NCBI GenBank assembly: GCA_951828385.1
Contig: OX639973.1
Coordinates: forward strand, 5,990,845-6,054,844
Length of the DNA stretch: 64,000 nt
Direction of reading: 5' to 3'
Source: an uncultured Poribacteria bacterium
Lineage (GTDB): Bacteria; Poribacteria; WGA-4E; WGA-3G
Part shown: positions 16,644-26,029 of the stretch, piece by piece
How positions within the stretch are numbered: position 1 is the first letter of the stretch
Layout: every line of letters starts with the position of its first letter
Made by a program: the position numbers and the translations under genes
Notes under the pieces: model-generated
The model's database searches: none
What the model saw: the letters and a program-made list of their open reading frames with translations, nothing else
Told to the model about the DNA's origin: nothing

Positions 16644-17360
16644 ATGGAAAAAGTAGCAGTTATCGCAGGTGTCGGTCCCGGTTTAGGAGCTGCACTCGCC
16701 CGTAAATTTGTAGAAGAAGAATGTAACGTAGCACTCCTGTCGCGCTCATCTGCCTATATTAAAAACCTATCCACAAGGTTGACAAAGTCCGGACGGACGG
16801 CTATCCCTATCCCCACAGATATTACGGATACTGAACAGGTAGAGCGAAGTTTTGAGCGTATCCGAGAAGAACTCGGAGATCCCGACATCTTGGTAAACCA
16901 TGCTGGAAACGCTGCCTGGGGGAGTTTCGCTGACCTCACACCCGAAGCATTCGAGGGCGCGTGGCGTGTCTGTACCCTTGGTGGATTCCTCTGTTCAAAG
17001 CAGGTCGTGCCGGGGATGCTTAAAAAAGGCGGCGGGAAGATTCTATTCACCGGTGCGACCTCTGCTGTACGCGGTAGAGCAGGCGCATTAGCGTTCAGCA
17101 GTGCCAAGTTCGCGACGCGAGGTTTAGCATCCGCACTCGCCCGCGAAGTCGGTCCGAGCGGCATCCATGTCGCTCATGTTATCATTGACGGTGTGATTGA
17201 TACACCGGGCGTGCGACAACGCTATAAACTCAGTGAAAATGAACCGCTCCTCGAACCCGATGCCATCGCCGATACCTATTGGGCTTTGGTCCAGCAGGAA
17301 CGGAGCGCGTGGACTTTTGAGGTGGATGTCCGGCCCCATAACGAAGAATTTTTTACATAG
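16644..17360 (+). CDS. SDR-family oxidoreductase (atypical active site)
   Basis: Cofactor loop IAGVGPGLGAAL and NHAGN. The usual YxxxK position reads F-S-S-A-K. Start set to ATG 16644 (MEKVAVIAG). Confidence 0.7.
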   Translation: MEKVAVIAGVGPGLGAALARKFVEEECNVALLSRSSAYIKNLSTRLTKSGRTAIPIPTDITDTEQVERSFERIREELGDPDILVNHAGNAAWGSFADLTPEAFEGAWRVCTLGGFLCSKQVVPGMLKKGGGKILFTGATSAVRGRAGALAFSSAKFATRGLASALAREVGPSGIHVAHVIIDGVIDTPGVRQRYKLSENEPLLEPDAIADTYWALVQQERSAWTFEVDVRPHNEEFFT

Positions 17361-17395
17361 CGGATCGGGAAAATCGGAGATATAGAGCACGAAAA

Positions 17396-17424
17396 GGTGG
17401 AAGGATACCTTCCAATCTTCCACC
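17396..17424. terminator. hairpin between convergent genes (possible bidirectional terminator)
   Basis: GGTGGAAG (17396-17403) pairs with CTTCCACC (17417-17424). An alternative inner hairpin is GGAAGGATACCTTCC (17399-17413). Lies between stop codons at 17360 (+) and 17439 (-). Confidence 0.35.
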
Positions 17425-17438
17425 CTTCCAATCTGTCT

Positions 17439-18815
17439 CTAAAACGTACTTTCGCTTGAGGTGATCGGGCACCATCGCGTCGTCTGAAGATGATGCAGCA
17501 ACACCGATTTCGCCGCCGGTGTGCCGATACGATAAAGCGCATGCACGGCATCACCACGGATATAGCGATTCGCGTCAAACAGCAAATTCTGTAAACCTTC
17601 AACCGCACCATCAGCGTCCTTACCAATCCGTGCCAACGCGAAAACCGCATTGCGGCGCACCCCTTCATTCGGATCCGCTAACGCCTTCACGAGACTCGGT
17701 GCAGCAACTGAACTCGATTGCCCGGTTGTCCCTAACGCCTCCGCTGTATGGACCCGTACACGACCTGATTCATCCGAGAGCATCTCAACCAGTGACGACA
17801 CAGCCGGTTCTGCTTTGTTTCCGAGATCGCCGAGTGCCTCGGCAGCGTTATCTCGGACGTATTCACGCGGATCTTTCAAGGCATCACGGAGTGCCTCAAC
17901 AGTCGGTGTTCCAACTGCATTGAGCGCGTAACAGGCATTTCGGCGTGTCATCTCCGACTCCTCTTCCAGACACCGGACTAAAGCGGGAACCGCTTTCTCC
18001 CCAAATCTTGGTAATTCGTAAGCCGCTTGCAATCCTGTTGATTCCGTTGTGCTATTCAGCGAACTGATCAAGTCTGACAACGAGGCACTGTTTGATGTCC
18101 CGTGTGAACCGCTATCCTCAATCCCGCGATGCCAATTCCAGAGGTGTCGGAACATTTCTTGATACTCAGTCGGTCCCACGGAAGTCCCGTTTGCCCAGTC
18201 TGTCTCCTGATGTGCCCATGTCGGTGCTTCAGGTTCTGACATCCGAGCGTAGAGGAATTTCATCATGTAGCGCCGCTTCTCACTGCTATTCGGCATTGCC
18301 CGGTGCCACAGATCGTAGTTTGCGAACGCGACTGTTCCCGCTTCACCGGTAATAGGTTGTTCCGGCGAGACCCCCGAACCTTCACCTGTACTAAAGTAGT
18401 GGCTCATCGGTACCACACCCGTCGGACCGAGTTCAACGGGAGTATCCTGCGGATAATAGAAGACCAACAGCCTGCGCGTATGGTGCGACCATCGTTTCCC
18501 GCCGTCTTGGTGTAGTCCTTGCCCTTTACTCCCGGGTGGATTGTAATGCGGATGCCGGTGCGGCTGCATGTAGTAATCCGGGCCAAGCAGGCTTGTTAAG
18601 GCACCGCGAACGTTCAGATCGTCAAAGATCTGCTGAATCTCCGGGATCCGCGGCAAAAGGTTATTCCCCGGATTCCCTTCCTTATCAAAGACGCTCATCG
18701 TCTTTTCGTAGATCGCATCGTGAAATTGCGCCGGCAACTCAGTTGTAACGGTCACGAACCCGTTCACAATGAAATGCCGCATCTGCGCATCACTTAAGAG
18801 ATGTTCTGCCATTTT
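17439..18815 (-). CDS. phytanoyl-CoA dioxygenase (PhyH)-like domain fused to C-terminal HEAT (PBS-lyase type) repeats
   Basis: N-terminal half has LHQDG (HxD) and GVVPMSH. C-terminal half has repeated ..VR.NAA.ALG..G...A...L motifs. Start set to MAEHLL after GGAGGG. Confidence 0.7.
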   Translation of the reverse strand, partial: KMAEHLLSDAQMRHFIVNGFVTVTTELPAQFHDAIYEKTMSVFDKEGNPGNNLLPRIPEIQQIFDDLNVRGALTSLLGPDYYMQPHRHPHYNPPGSKGQGLHQDGGKRWSHHTRRLLVFYYPQDTPVELGPTGVVPMSHYFSTGEGSGVSPEQPITGEAGTVAFANYDLWHRAMPNSSEKRRYMMKFLYARMSEPEAPTWAHQETDWANGTSVGPTEYQEMFRHLWNWHRGIEDSGSHGTSNSASLSDLISSLNSTTESTGLQAAYELPRFGEKAVPALVRCLEEESEMTRRNACYALNAVGTPTVEALRDALKDPREYVRDNAAEALGDLGNKAEPAVSSLVEMLSDESGRVRVHTAEALGTTGQSSSVAAPSLVKALADPNEGVRRNAVFALARIGKDADGAVEGLQNLLFDANRYIRGDAVHALYRIGTPAAKSVLLHHLQTTRWCPITSSESTF

Positions 18816-18996
18816 TATCCCTCCGTCTTTTCCGAAGCTTGCTATAAATCCTATCCATAACACGCTAAGTTATCTTATTATTGCATAAAGTCGGACAATT
18901 TTTCAAGAAATTCTGCCATCAAATCCAGAATTGTGTTAAAATAATTGAAATTAAGCGGATCCTAACGTATAGCATACCGAAATTGGAGGTTTCTGG

Positions 18997-20202
18997 ATGG
19001 GACGGAGTTTTGAAAAATCACTCGCGTGGAAAGAACGCGCGAAAGCATCATTAGTCGGCGGTGGGCAACCCCATAAACAGAGCCAACCACCGAGACCTGT
19101 TATGGTCGCAGGCGCGAAAGGCGCGCATTTTTGGGATGCCGATGGAAATGACTATATCGATTATCTGATGGGATACGGGCCTATGATCCTTGGGCACGCC
19201 TATCCTACTGTGATTGACACGGTCACAAAATACCTCGTTGAACGTGGCAACGTCTATAATTTCGGGCATACACTTGAAGTAGAACTCGCCGAAAAACTCG
19301 TTCAGATTATCCCATCGGCGGACAGAGTCGCTTATTTTGTCGGCGGTTCGGATGCGACAACCGGCGCGATTAAGTTCGCTCGCGCATATACCGATAGACA
19401 AAAAATCATTCGGTGTGGCTATCACGGATGGCACGATTGGTGCAGCCACGCACGCGGACACCTCTCAAGCGCAGCCGCTGCGACACTCAGCGTCGGGTTC
19501 AACGATCTTGATGAACTCGCCGACCTCTTTAAAGCACACCCGGGTGAGATCGCCTGCTTGATTATGGAACCTTCTGGACAGGATTTGCCGAAAGACGGGT
19601 ATCTTGAAGCAGCAAAAGCACTCGTCAATGCCAACGGCGCATTGATGATTTTTGATGAAGTCAAAACCGGGTTCCGTTATGCTTTAGGGGGTGCACAGGA
19701 ATATTTCGGGGTCACACCGGATATGTCTGTCTTCGGCAAAGCACTCGCGAACGGGTTTGCCACGGCTGTCGTCGTTGGAAAAGAAGAAATCATGGATGAA
19801 GTGAGCGATGTCTGGGTCGCCGCAACCTTCCACGGCGAGGTATCGCTCGTCGCCGCTGCGATCGCCACAATTGAGGAGCTTGAAGCAAAAGACGGTGTCG
19901 CCTTTATGTGGAAACAGGGACAGAAATTGTTAGATGGCTACAGAGAGATGACAGCACGTCTCGGTATCGACAATGCTCGCATCGGTGGTATCGGACCCAT
20001 GCCCTACTTCGGTTTGAGTACCGATAGCGATGACGAAAAACAGAAGCGATTCCACAAAACCTTCTATGAAGCAACTTTAGAGGGCGGCTTATATCTACCA
20101 GAAGGACATATCTGGTTCATGTCCATGTCCCATACCGATGAAGATATTGCCAAAACTTTAAGCGTCTCTGAGGACGCACTCAAACGCGCAAAAGCCGCAT
20201 AG
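18997..20202 (+). CDS. class III (GSA-aminomutase-like) PLP-dependent aminotransferase
   Basis: GGSDATTGAIKFAR, MIFDEVKTGFR and VFGKALANG motifs. Confidence 0.8.
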   Translation: MGRSFEKSLAWKERAKASLVGGGQPHKQSQPPRPVMVAGAKGAHFWDADGNDYIDYLMGYGPMILGHAYPTVIDTVTKYLVERGNVYNFGHTLEVELAEKLVQIIPSADRVAYFVGGSDATTGAIKFARAYTDRQKIIRCGYHGWHDWCSHARGHLSSAAAATLSVGFNDLDELADLFKAHPGEIACLIMEPSGQDLPKDGYLEAAKALVNANGALMIFDEVKTGFRYALGGAQEYFGVTPDMSVFGKALANGFATAVVVGKEEIMDEVSDVWVAATFHGEVSLVAAAIATIEELEAKDGVAFMWKQGQKLLDGYREMTARLGIDNARIGGIGPMPYFGLSTDSDDEKQKRFHKTFYEATLEGGLYLPEGHIWFMSMSHTDEDIAKTLSVSEDALKRAKAA

Positions 20203-20212
20203 GAGGTTTATT

Positions 20213-21085
20213 ATGGCAGAAACTACGAACCACACAAAACCTTTTATCGTTGATAAAAACCTCGGCGCTGCGCTCGACCTCGATAATACGCAACTGACAA
20301 AAACAACTTCTGACGGCACACCCGTTGTTCCACCGACACAGGAACAGAAGTACCTCTTTGATATGCGCGGCTGGCTCTTAGTACCCGGTGTACTGTCAGG
20401 TGATGAACTCGCGGAGATGCAAGAGTTCGGCTATAAACTCCACCACGAACCGGAGTCGATTCCGAAGCACGAACGCTCACCGCTCGGTGGTCCCCTGCAA
20501 CGCCTCTCTGACCATCCAAATGTTGTCGGTTTCCTCAACGAGTTTCTCGCACATCCAGCACTATCAAGCCAAGAATGCTATGGATTCAGGATGGAATCGT
20601 GCCATCTCTTCTATCGCACTGTCGGCGATGCGAAGTTCAATCCCCACAACGGAAACGGCATGCTCCGCTTTCCGGGTGATTCGCACCTCTATCGCTGTAT
20701 CCCAGGAAAAGGACACAGCGGATTAACCCGTATCGTCTGGGAACTCAACCCTGTCAAATATCGGCAGGGCGGCACCCTCTTTATTACAGCGAGCCATAAA
20801 GCCGTCTACACAGCACCCGAAACAATCCGGAGCCAAGATTCACCGATTTGGGATACTTATGAATGTCCTGCTGGCTCACTCCTTTTTTTCACAGAGGCGT
20901 TGACACATAGCGCGCACACGTGGACAAACGAGGAGAACAATCGCCTCGCTACTTTCAGTTGTTACAACACTGTCAATAGCAAGTGGAGTGCTTGGGAACC
21001 GCATCCGAAGCTGCTTGAGGAGATGCCTTCCAAACGACAGACCCTTTTCCGTCCCGTCCGCGCCGCCAATAATTTGATCGGCTGA
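20213..21085 (+). CDS. PhyH-like 2OG/Fe(II) oxygenase family protein (paralog 1)
   Basis: The GGTLFITASHKA segment resembles the PhyH G.l.v.pGSHk strand, and a distal FFTEALTHS is present; the assignment is tentative. Confidence 0.5.
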   Translation: MAETTNHTKPFIVDKNLGAALDLDNTQLTKTTSDGTPVVPPTQEQKYLFDMRGWLLVPGVLSGDELAEMQEFGYKLHHEPESIPKHERSPLGGPLQRLSDHPNVVGFLNEFLAHPALSSQECYGFRMESCHLFYRTVGDAKFNPHNGNGMLRFPGDSHLYRCIPGKGHSGLTRIVWELNPVKYRQGGTLFITASHKAVYTAPETIRSQDSPIWDTYECPAGSLLFFTEALTHSAHTWTNEENNRLATFSCYNTVNSKWSAWEPHPKLLEEMPSKRQTLFRPVRAANNLIG

Positions 21086-21319
21086 TAATTATCAGCATTA
21101 AATTGACTAAGGGAGGTTTCATACCGCAAAGTGCTGAATATAATTTCAGGAATGGTATAATATTTTCAGGTTTATGCACAAAACGGGTATTGAAGGATGA
21201 AAACGAAAGTTGGAAGGATGGTGAGTACCTATCTTTCCAGTCAAATCCATCTAATCTGGAAAGTAAACGAAGGGATCTCGAGCAGGTCCTAATTTTCCTA
21301 CAACCAAGAGGATTCTCTC

Positions 21320-22207
21320 ATGGCACAAGTCACAGATCACACAAAACCGTTTATCGTTGATAAAAATCTCGGAGCAGCGCTCGATATCGAGAATGCCCAA
21401 CTTACGGAAACAACCTCTGATGGCACACCCGTTGTTCCACCGACACAGGAACAGAAGTATCTCTTTGACATGCGCGGTTGGCTCTTAGTGCCCGGTGTAC
21501 TGTCAGGCGACGAACTCGCTGAGATGCAGGAATTCGGCTATAAACTCCGCCACGAACCGGACTCGATTCCAGAGCATGAACGTTCGCCGCTCGGCGGTCC
21601 CATGCAACGCCTCGCCGATCATCCGAATGTCATCGGCTTTCTCAACGAATTTCTCGCACATCCCGCATTATCAAGCCAAGAATGCTACGGATTCAGGATG
21701 GAATCCTGTAGCCTATTCTCCCGCACTGTCGGCGATGGAAACTTTGGACCCCACAACGGAAACGGGATGCTCCGTTTTCCCGGTGATTCGCACCTCTATC
21801 GGTGTATTCCGGGCAGAGGCTATAGCGGACTAACCCGCATCGTTTGGGAACTCAATCCTGTCAAATATCGGCAGGGTGGCACCCTCTTTATTACAGCGAG
21901 CCATAAAGCGGTCTATACTGCACCCGAAACAATCCGAAGCCAAGATTCGCTTATCTGGGATACGTATGAGTGCCCTGCTGGGTCGCTCCTCTTTTTCACG
22001 GAGGCGTTGACACATAGCACGCACACGTGGACGAATGAAGAGAACGATCGTCTCGCTATTTTCAGTTGCTACAATACGGTCAATAGCAAATGGCACGATT
22101 GGGATCCGAATCCAAAGCTGCTTGAAGAGATGCCTGCCAAACGGCAGACCCTTTTCCGACCCGTCCGTGCCGCCAATAATTTGATCGGCGAGGCGTATCG
22201 GCATTAG
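21320..22207 (+). CDS. PhyH-like 2OG/Fe(II) oxygenase family protein (paralog 2, tandem duplicate)
   Basis: By eye, about nine in ten residues are identical to the 20213-21085 product along its whole length. Confidence 0.5.
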   Translation: MAQVTDHTKPFIVDKNLGAALDIENAQLTETTSDGTPVVPPTQEQKYLFDMRGWLLVPGVLSGDELAEMQEFGYKLRHEPDSIPEHERSPLGGPMQRLADHPNVIGFLNEFLAHPALSSQECYGFRMESCSLFSRTVGDGNFGPHNGNGMLRFPGDSHLYRCIPGRGYSGLTRIVWELNPVKYRQGGTLFITASHKAVYTAPETIRSQDSLIWDTYECPAGSLLFFTEALTHSTHTWTNEENDRLAIFSCYNTVNSKWHDWDPNPKLLEEMPAKRQTLFRPVRAANNLIGEAYRH

Positions 22208-22233
22208 TTAATACTAAAAAGGGAGGCGTTCGC

Positions 22234-23421
22234 ATGCGTCAAATTGGATCAACCCCTGTCACCGCGCCGGGGTGGACTGCAAAGCCGAAAGAAGGAATCG
22301 CTATCGTCGATTGTGATGTTCACCACAATTTTCGTCACCCTACGCAGCTATTACCTTACTTGTCAAAATTCTATCAGGAACATCTCCTCGACCAAGGGCT
22401 ACATCTCGGTGGGTATCCAAACATTCCCATTCGGAGCAACCGTGTAGACCTCAAGGGGAGGGTCAAAGATACCGTCGAATCGGCTCCCAAGAACTCCGGC
22501 GGCGATCCGAGAGATTTCAATTTCACATTAGAGTTCCTCCAAGAAGAGCATCTAAATGTCTGGAATATAGATGTCGCTTTGCTTACAGGACCGCCGCCAT
22601 TCTACGGCTATTCAGGACTACCGGACCCTGATTGGGCGGCTGCGCTCTGCCGCGCCTTTAACGATTGGACAATCGAACATTGGCTGGAACGCGACGCACG
22701 CGTCGTTAATGCTATTCTTGTTTCACCATCCGATCCACCGCAAGCGGTAGCAGAGATTAACAGACTCGCAGACCGAAAGGATACCGTCGCTGTTATGGTG
22801 CCGATGGGCACAAGTCGTCCCTTCGGCAACCGCTTCTATCACCTAATTTGGGAAGCCTGTGAACAACACGGACTTCCGATCATATCCCATATCGGCGGCG
22901 GTGGCGGCGCAACTCGGAACACGCCAACCCCGGTCGGACATCCCACCTACTATATGGAATCTCGGATGAGCCGGCCTTATGTCGCCAGTTCACATGCGAC
23001 ATCCTTGATCTGCGAAGGGGTCTTTGAAAAATTTCCCAACCTCAAGTTTGCACTGATTGAAGCCCAACAGATGTGGGCAGTGCCGGTGATGTGGCATCTT
23101 GATACCGACTGGAAAGCGCTCCGAGACCAGACACCGTGGCTCAAACGCCTGCCGAGCGAGTATTTCCGTGAACACATCCGAATCGGGTCACAACCGATGC
23201 ACGAACCTGAGAAACCGGAACAGATGTACCAGATGTTAGAGATGCTCCATGCCGATGAGACACTCATCTTCTGCTCGGACTTTCCACATTTCGACTGGAA
23301 CGACCCAGTAACGGTTTTCCCCAAACTTTCAGAAAACCTACATCACCGAATTTTTGCCCAAAACGCGCTCGATATGCTTCGATTGGATTTAGAGGCAGCC
23401 AACGGATCCCCGAAACCGTAG
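22234..23421 (+). CDS. amidohydrolase-2 (ACMSD/LigW-like) family metal-dependent hydrolase/decarboxylase
   Basis: N-terminal IVDCDVHHN and C-terminal FCSDFPHFD metal-ligand motifs. Confidence 0.7.
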   Translation: MRQIGSTPVTAPGWTAKPKEGIAIVDCDVHHNFRHPTQLLPYLSKFYQEHLLDQGLHLGGYPNIPIRSNRVDLKGRVKDTVESAPKNSGGDPRDFNFTLEFLQEEHLNVWNIDVALLTGPPPFYGYSGLPDPDWAAALCRAFNDWTIEHWLERDARVVNAILVSPSDPPQAVAEINRLADRKDTVAVMVPMGTSRPFGNRFYHLIWEACEQHGLPIISHIGGGGGATRNTPTPVGHPTYYMESRMSRPYVASSHATSLICEGVFEKFPNLKFALIEAQQMWAVPVMWHLDTDWKALRDQTPWLKRLPSEYFREHIRIGSQPMHEPEKPEQMYQMLEMLHADETLIFCSDFPHFDWNDPVTVFPKLSENLHHRIFAQNALDMLRLDLEAANGSPKP

Positions 23422-23485
23422 GGGCGGGGTTACCCAGTTCGTACAGAAGGCAGCCTTGGAGGGATAAATAAGGATAAATTAAAAA

Positions 23486-23863
23486 ATGGCACGTGTCGTC
23501 GTCGGAAAAGTATCGGAGATTCCACCGGGAGGACGCAAAATCGTCGTGCCGTTCCGTGGCAAGGCAGGCATCGGAGTTTTTAATGTTGATGGCACCTTTT
23601 ACGCTGTGCGCAACATCTGTCCGCATAAGCGGGGACCCCTATGTACAGGTGAACTGACCGGTAGGTTCGCCGCCAATGCCCCGCCTTCAATTCAAGGGGT
23701 GATGCCCTCTGTTGACGGTTTAGGCGAAGTGCTACGCTGTCCATGGCATCAGTGGACATTTGACATCGCAACTGGACAGTGCCTCGTTGATGAAACATTG
23801 CGTGTGGCAACGTATGCCGTCAAGATTGACGGTGACGATGTCGTCGTAGAATACGATGGCTAA
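23486..23863 (+). CDS. small Rieske [2Fe-2S] protein (NirD/ferredoxin-like)
   Basis: The CPHKRGPLC and CPWHQW ligand boxes are separated by about 30 residues. Confidence 0.8.
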   Translation: MARVVVGKVSEIPPGGRKIVVPFRGKAGIGVFNVDGTFYAVRNICPHKRGPLCTGELTGRFAANAPPSIQGVMPSVDGLGEVLRCPWHQWTFDIATGQCLVDETLRVATYAVKIDGDDVVVEYDG

Positions 23864-23937
23864 ATCCGTTGCCTCAACTGGCAAAAGAATGAGATTTCAG
23901 TTCACTTTCCGTCACTGGTCGGATTTCATGAAGTTTA

Positions 23938-24015
23938 CTTGTAGCATAGGAAACCGTTAGTCTGTGCGAAAAATATGTTTACCCTTGTAGTATAGGAAAC
24001 CGTTAGTTTCCTGTG
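23938..24015 (+). repeat. two copies of a 46-nt-period repeat containing the hairpin AGGAAACCGTTAGTTTCCT
   Basis: CTTGTAGCATAGGAAACCGTTAGTCTGTG at 23938 and CTTGTAGTATAGGAAACCGTTAGTTTCCTGTG at 23984. Confidence 0.7.
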
Positions 24016-24084
24016 GCATCGGGACACAACTTCACAGTTCACACGACGATACGAGTGTCTAAGTAATTACGGAATTGACTATAG

Positions 24085-24429
24085 TAACCCAAGTTGCTAC
24101 TAACGGATTTTGCACGCTTCGGAAAGGTTTTTTGCCTTTTTCCCCACCCCAGAGGGGTGATATGTCTATAGAAAAAGGTGTATCAATGTCTTGCACTCCA
24201 GCGGAGTGCTATGCCCGGTAGGTGCGGTTTCCTAACCGCACCGGGTCTGGTTAGAAGATTACCCGATTAATTTTTTAATCTTCATGAGGGGTGATATGTC
24301 TATAGAAATCGGAAGGTTTTTTGCCTTTTTCCCCACCCCAGAGGGGTGATATGTCTATAGAAAAGGGTGTATCAATGTCTTGCACTCCAGCGGAGTGCTA
24401 TGTAAGTAAATAGGTGGCAACTTGGGTTA
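24085..24429. repeat. inverted-repeat-bounded mosaic containing two near-identical 67-nt SL3 pairs, a short-loop hairpin and an ATTACCCGATT module
   Basis: Boundaries are TAACCCAAGTTGC (24085-24097) and GCAACTTGGGTTA (24417-24429). CACCCCAGAGGGGTGATATGTCTATAG...CACTCCAGCGGAGTGCTATG occurs at 24145-24213 and again at 24334-24402. Hairpin at 24214-24245. Confidence 0.75.
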
Positions 24430-24507
24430 TAATATCTATTGAGAAAGGTCTATAATCCTGTAAATCCTTGAATCTCGTAAATCCTGATTCAGACAATTAA
24501 CATCGAA

Positions 24508-24556
24508 CATTACCCGATTCAATTCTTAATCTTCATTGGAACTTATATGTCTATAG
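24508..24556 (+). repeat. ATTACCCGATT...TTAATCTTCAT module with ATGTCTATAG tail
   Basis: Matches 1637-1686 and 24256-24305. Confidence 0.7.
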
Positions 24557-24648
24557 AGATTTCTCTGGAATAGGTAGGAACTTAGGTGGTAGATGAGGAA
24601 ACTTAATGTTGCCGAAGGGTACCCTATATTCCGAAACAGGAGGACAAA

Positions 24649-25422
24649 ATGATTAACAGGACTCTGAGATACATGCTTGTTTTAGCCGTTATAACAACCG
24701 GCCTAATGGCTGCAAATGTAGCACAAGCGCGTCAAGCGATTACCGATGGACTGGTGAGTTACTGGTCATTTAATAAGGATTCGATCGCAGATAAAACGGT
24801 GGAAGACATTTTTGGGGACAACGATGGAACCATGGACGGGAACGTTGAGGTTGTTAAGGGTAAAGTCGGTGAAGCACTCAAGTTTAGTGGCGGGCATGTC
24901 GATTGTGGATCAGATAAGAGTTTAACTGATATTGGTGATCAGATAACATTGGAGATGTGGATAAAGCCTGAAAAACCGGGTTGGGCGATTATCGCAGGCA
25001 TGTCAAGGTCAGGAAATAACTCTTATGTGATTGCGTGGTCAGACCAAACTCGCGTTGATTTCAATCTCTGGAACGGTGCATTAGAGACGTGGCCCTTTCA
25101 CAGCATAGCGCAGCCCGATGTGAATAAATGGCATCACGTCGCTGGCGTTTACGACGGTTCCAAAGCCATAATTTATATTAATGGTGAATTTGATAGTGAG
25201 AAAGACTTCGAGGGGGCTCTCAAACATAATGGCGAGAATTTTTGGATGGGTGCCAGAAAATCGGATGGGCTGCCTTTCAACGGCCTCCTCGACGAACTGC
25301 GCCTCTACAACCGCGGTCTCAGTCAAGAAGAGATTGAACAGAACCTTGACGCGGAAGGACTTGCCGTCGAACCGACCCAGAAATTGGCACTCACTTGGGG
25401 GTTAATAAAGGTTTCAAAGTAA
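24649..25422 (+). CDS. secreted LamG (Laminin_G_3 / concanavalin-like) domain protein
   Basis: Signal peptide; GLVSYWSFN...GKVGEALKFSG...WHHVAGVYDG...LDELRLYNRGLSQEEI; AGGAGG RBS. Confidence 0.8.
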   Translation: MINRTLRYMLVLAVITTGLMAANVAQARQAITDGLVSYWSFNKDSIADKTVEDIFGDNDGTMDGNVEVVKGKVGEALKFSGGHVDCGSDKSLTDIGDQITLEMWIKPEKPGWAIIAGMSRSGNNSYVIAWSDQTRVDFNLWNGALETWPFHSIAQPDVNKWHHVAGVYDGSKAIIYINGEFDSEKDFEGALKHNGENFWMGARKSDGLPFNGLLDELRLYNRGLSQEEIEQNLDAEGLAVEPTQKLALTWGLIKVSK

Positions 25423-25501
25423 GACTGCGAATGAACAAGCAACAGCACTTTTCCATTGAAGAGTTGACAGCCGACCATCCAGATTGGCAAAGGTAATTTT
25501 C

Positions 25502-25915
25502 GTGAAGCAGTTAACCGACGCTGAAAAACAGGAACTTGAGACGAAAATTCAAAAAGAAAAGGAACGACAGCAAAATCTGCGAGAAACGAATCCGGACCTA
25601 CCAGAATCTTTTGAAGAAGCATCAGCAAAAACAGGGATTGTCCGGAAGTTTGTACCAAGGCGATTCTGGAAATACGGTTTTCTTGTGATCCTTCTTTGCT
25701 TGCTTGCTTTCAACGTGGTTCTATTTTTTCAGGGACGAGATCCCGGTTCTAAAAAGATCATCAATGTCAGCCTCATGCTTGTTTTGCTGCTACTCTTCAA
25801 TCACATTGCCTCTTATTTTACAACAAAAGGTTGGAAAAGTTGGGTGATGAAAACGGTCGCATGGGTTTGGATGGCACTTGTACTCGTCTATATGTACATT
25901 TCTTGGGTAGCTTAG
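25502..25915 (+). CDS. small membrane protein (paralog A)
   Basis: Charged N-terminal helix followed by 3 hydrophobic segments; close paralog at 27113-27538. GTG start chosen by alignment with the paralog (KQLTD.EKQ), so the start is uncertain. Confidence 0.55.
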   Translation: MKQLTDAEKQELETKIQKEKERQQNLRETNPDLPESFEEASAKTGIVRKFVPRRFWKYGFLVILLCLLAFNVVLFFQGRDPGSKKIINVSLMLVLLLLFNHIASYFTTKGWKSWVMKTVAWVWMALVLVYMYISWVA

Positions 25916-26029
25916 GAATCGAATCGCTTGATGGATCGTCATTTTACAGTTTTTCAGGATGATGAAAAGTGTTGGTTTTTGTAATATCTCTTAAACCAGC
26001 ACAATGGCAATAGGACACTTGGAGAAGAT

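Noticed and set aside
21103-21360. 85-aa ORF in the spacer between the duplicated PhyH-like genes
   Set aside because: It has a TTG start, overlaps the start of the downstream gene, and has low-complexity composition. The spacer is better explained by promoter-like and hairpin sequences.
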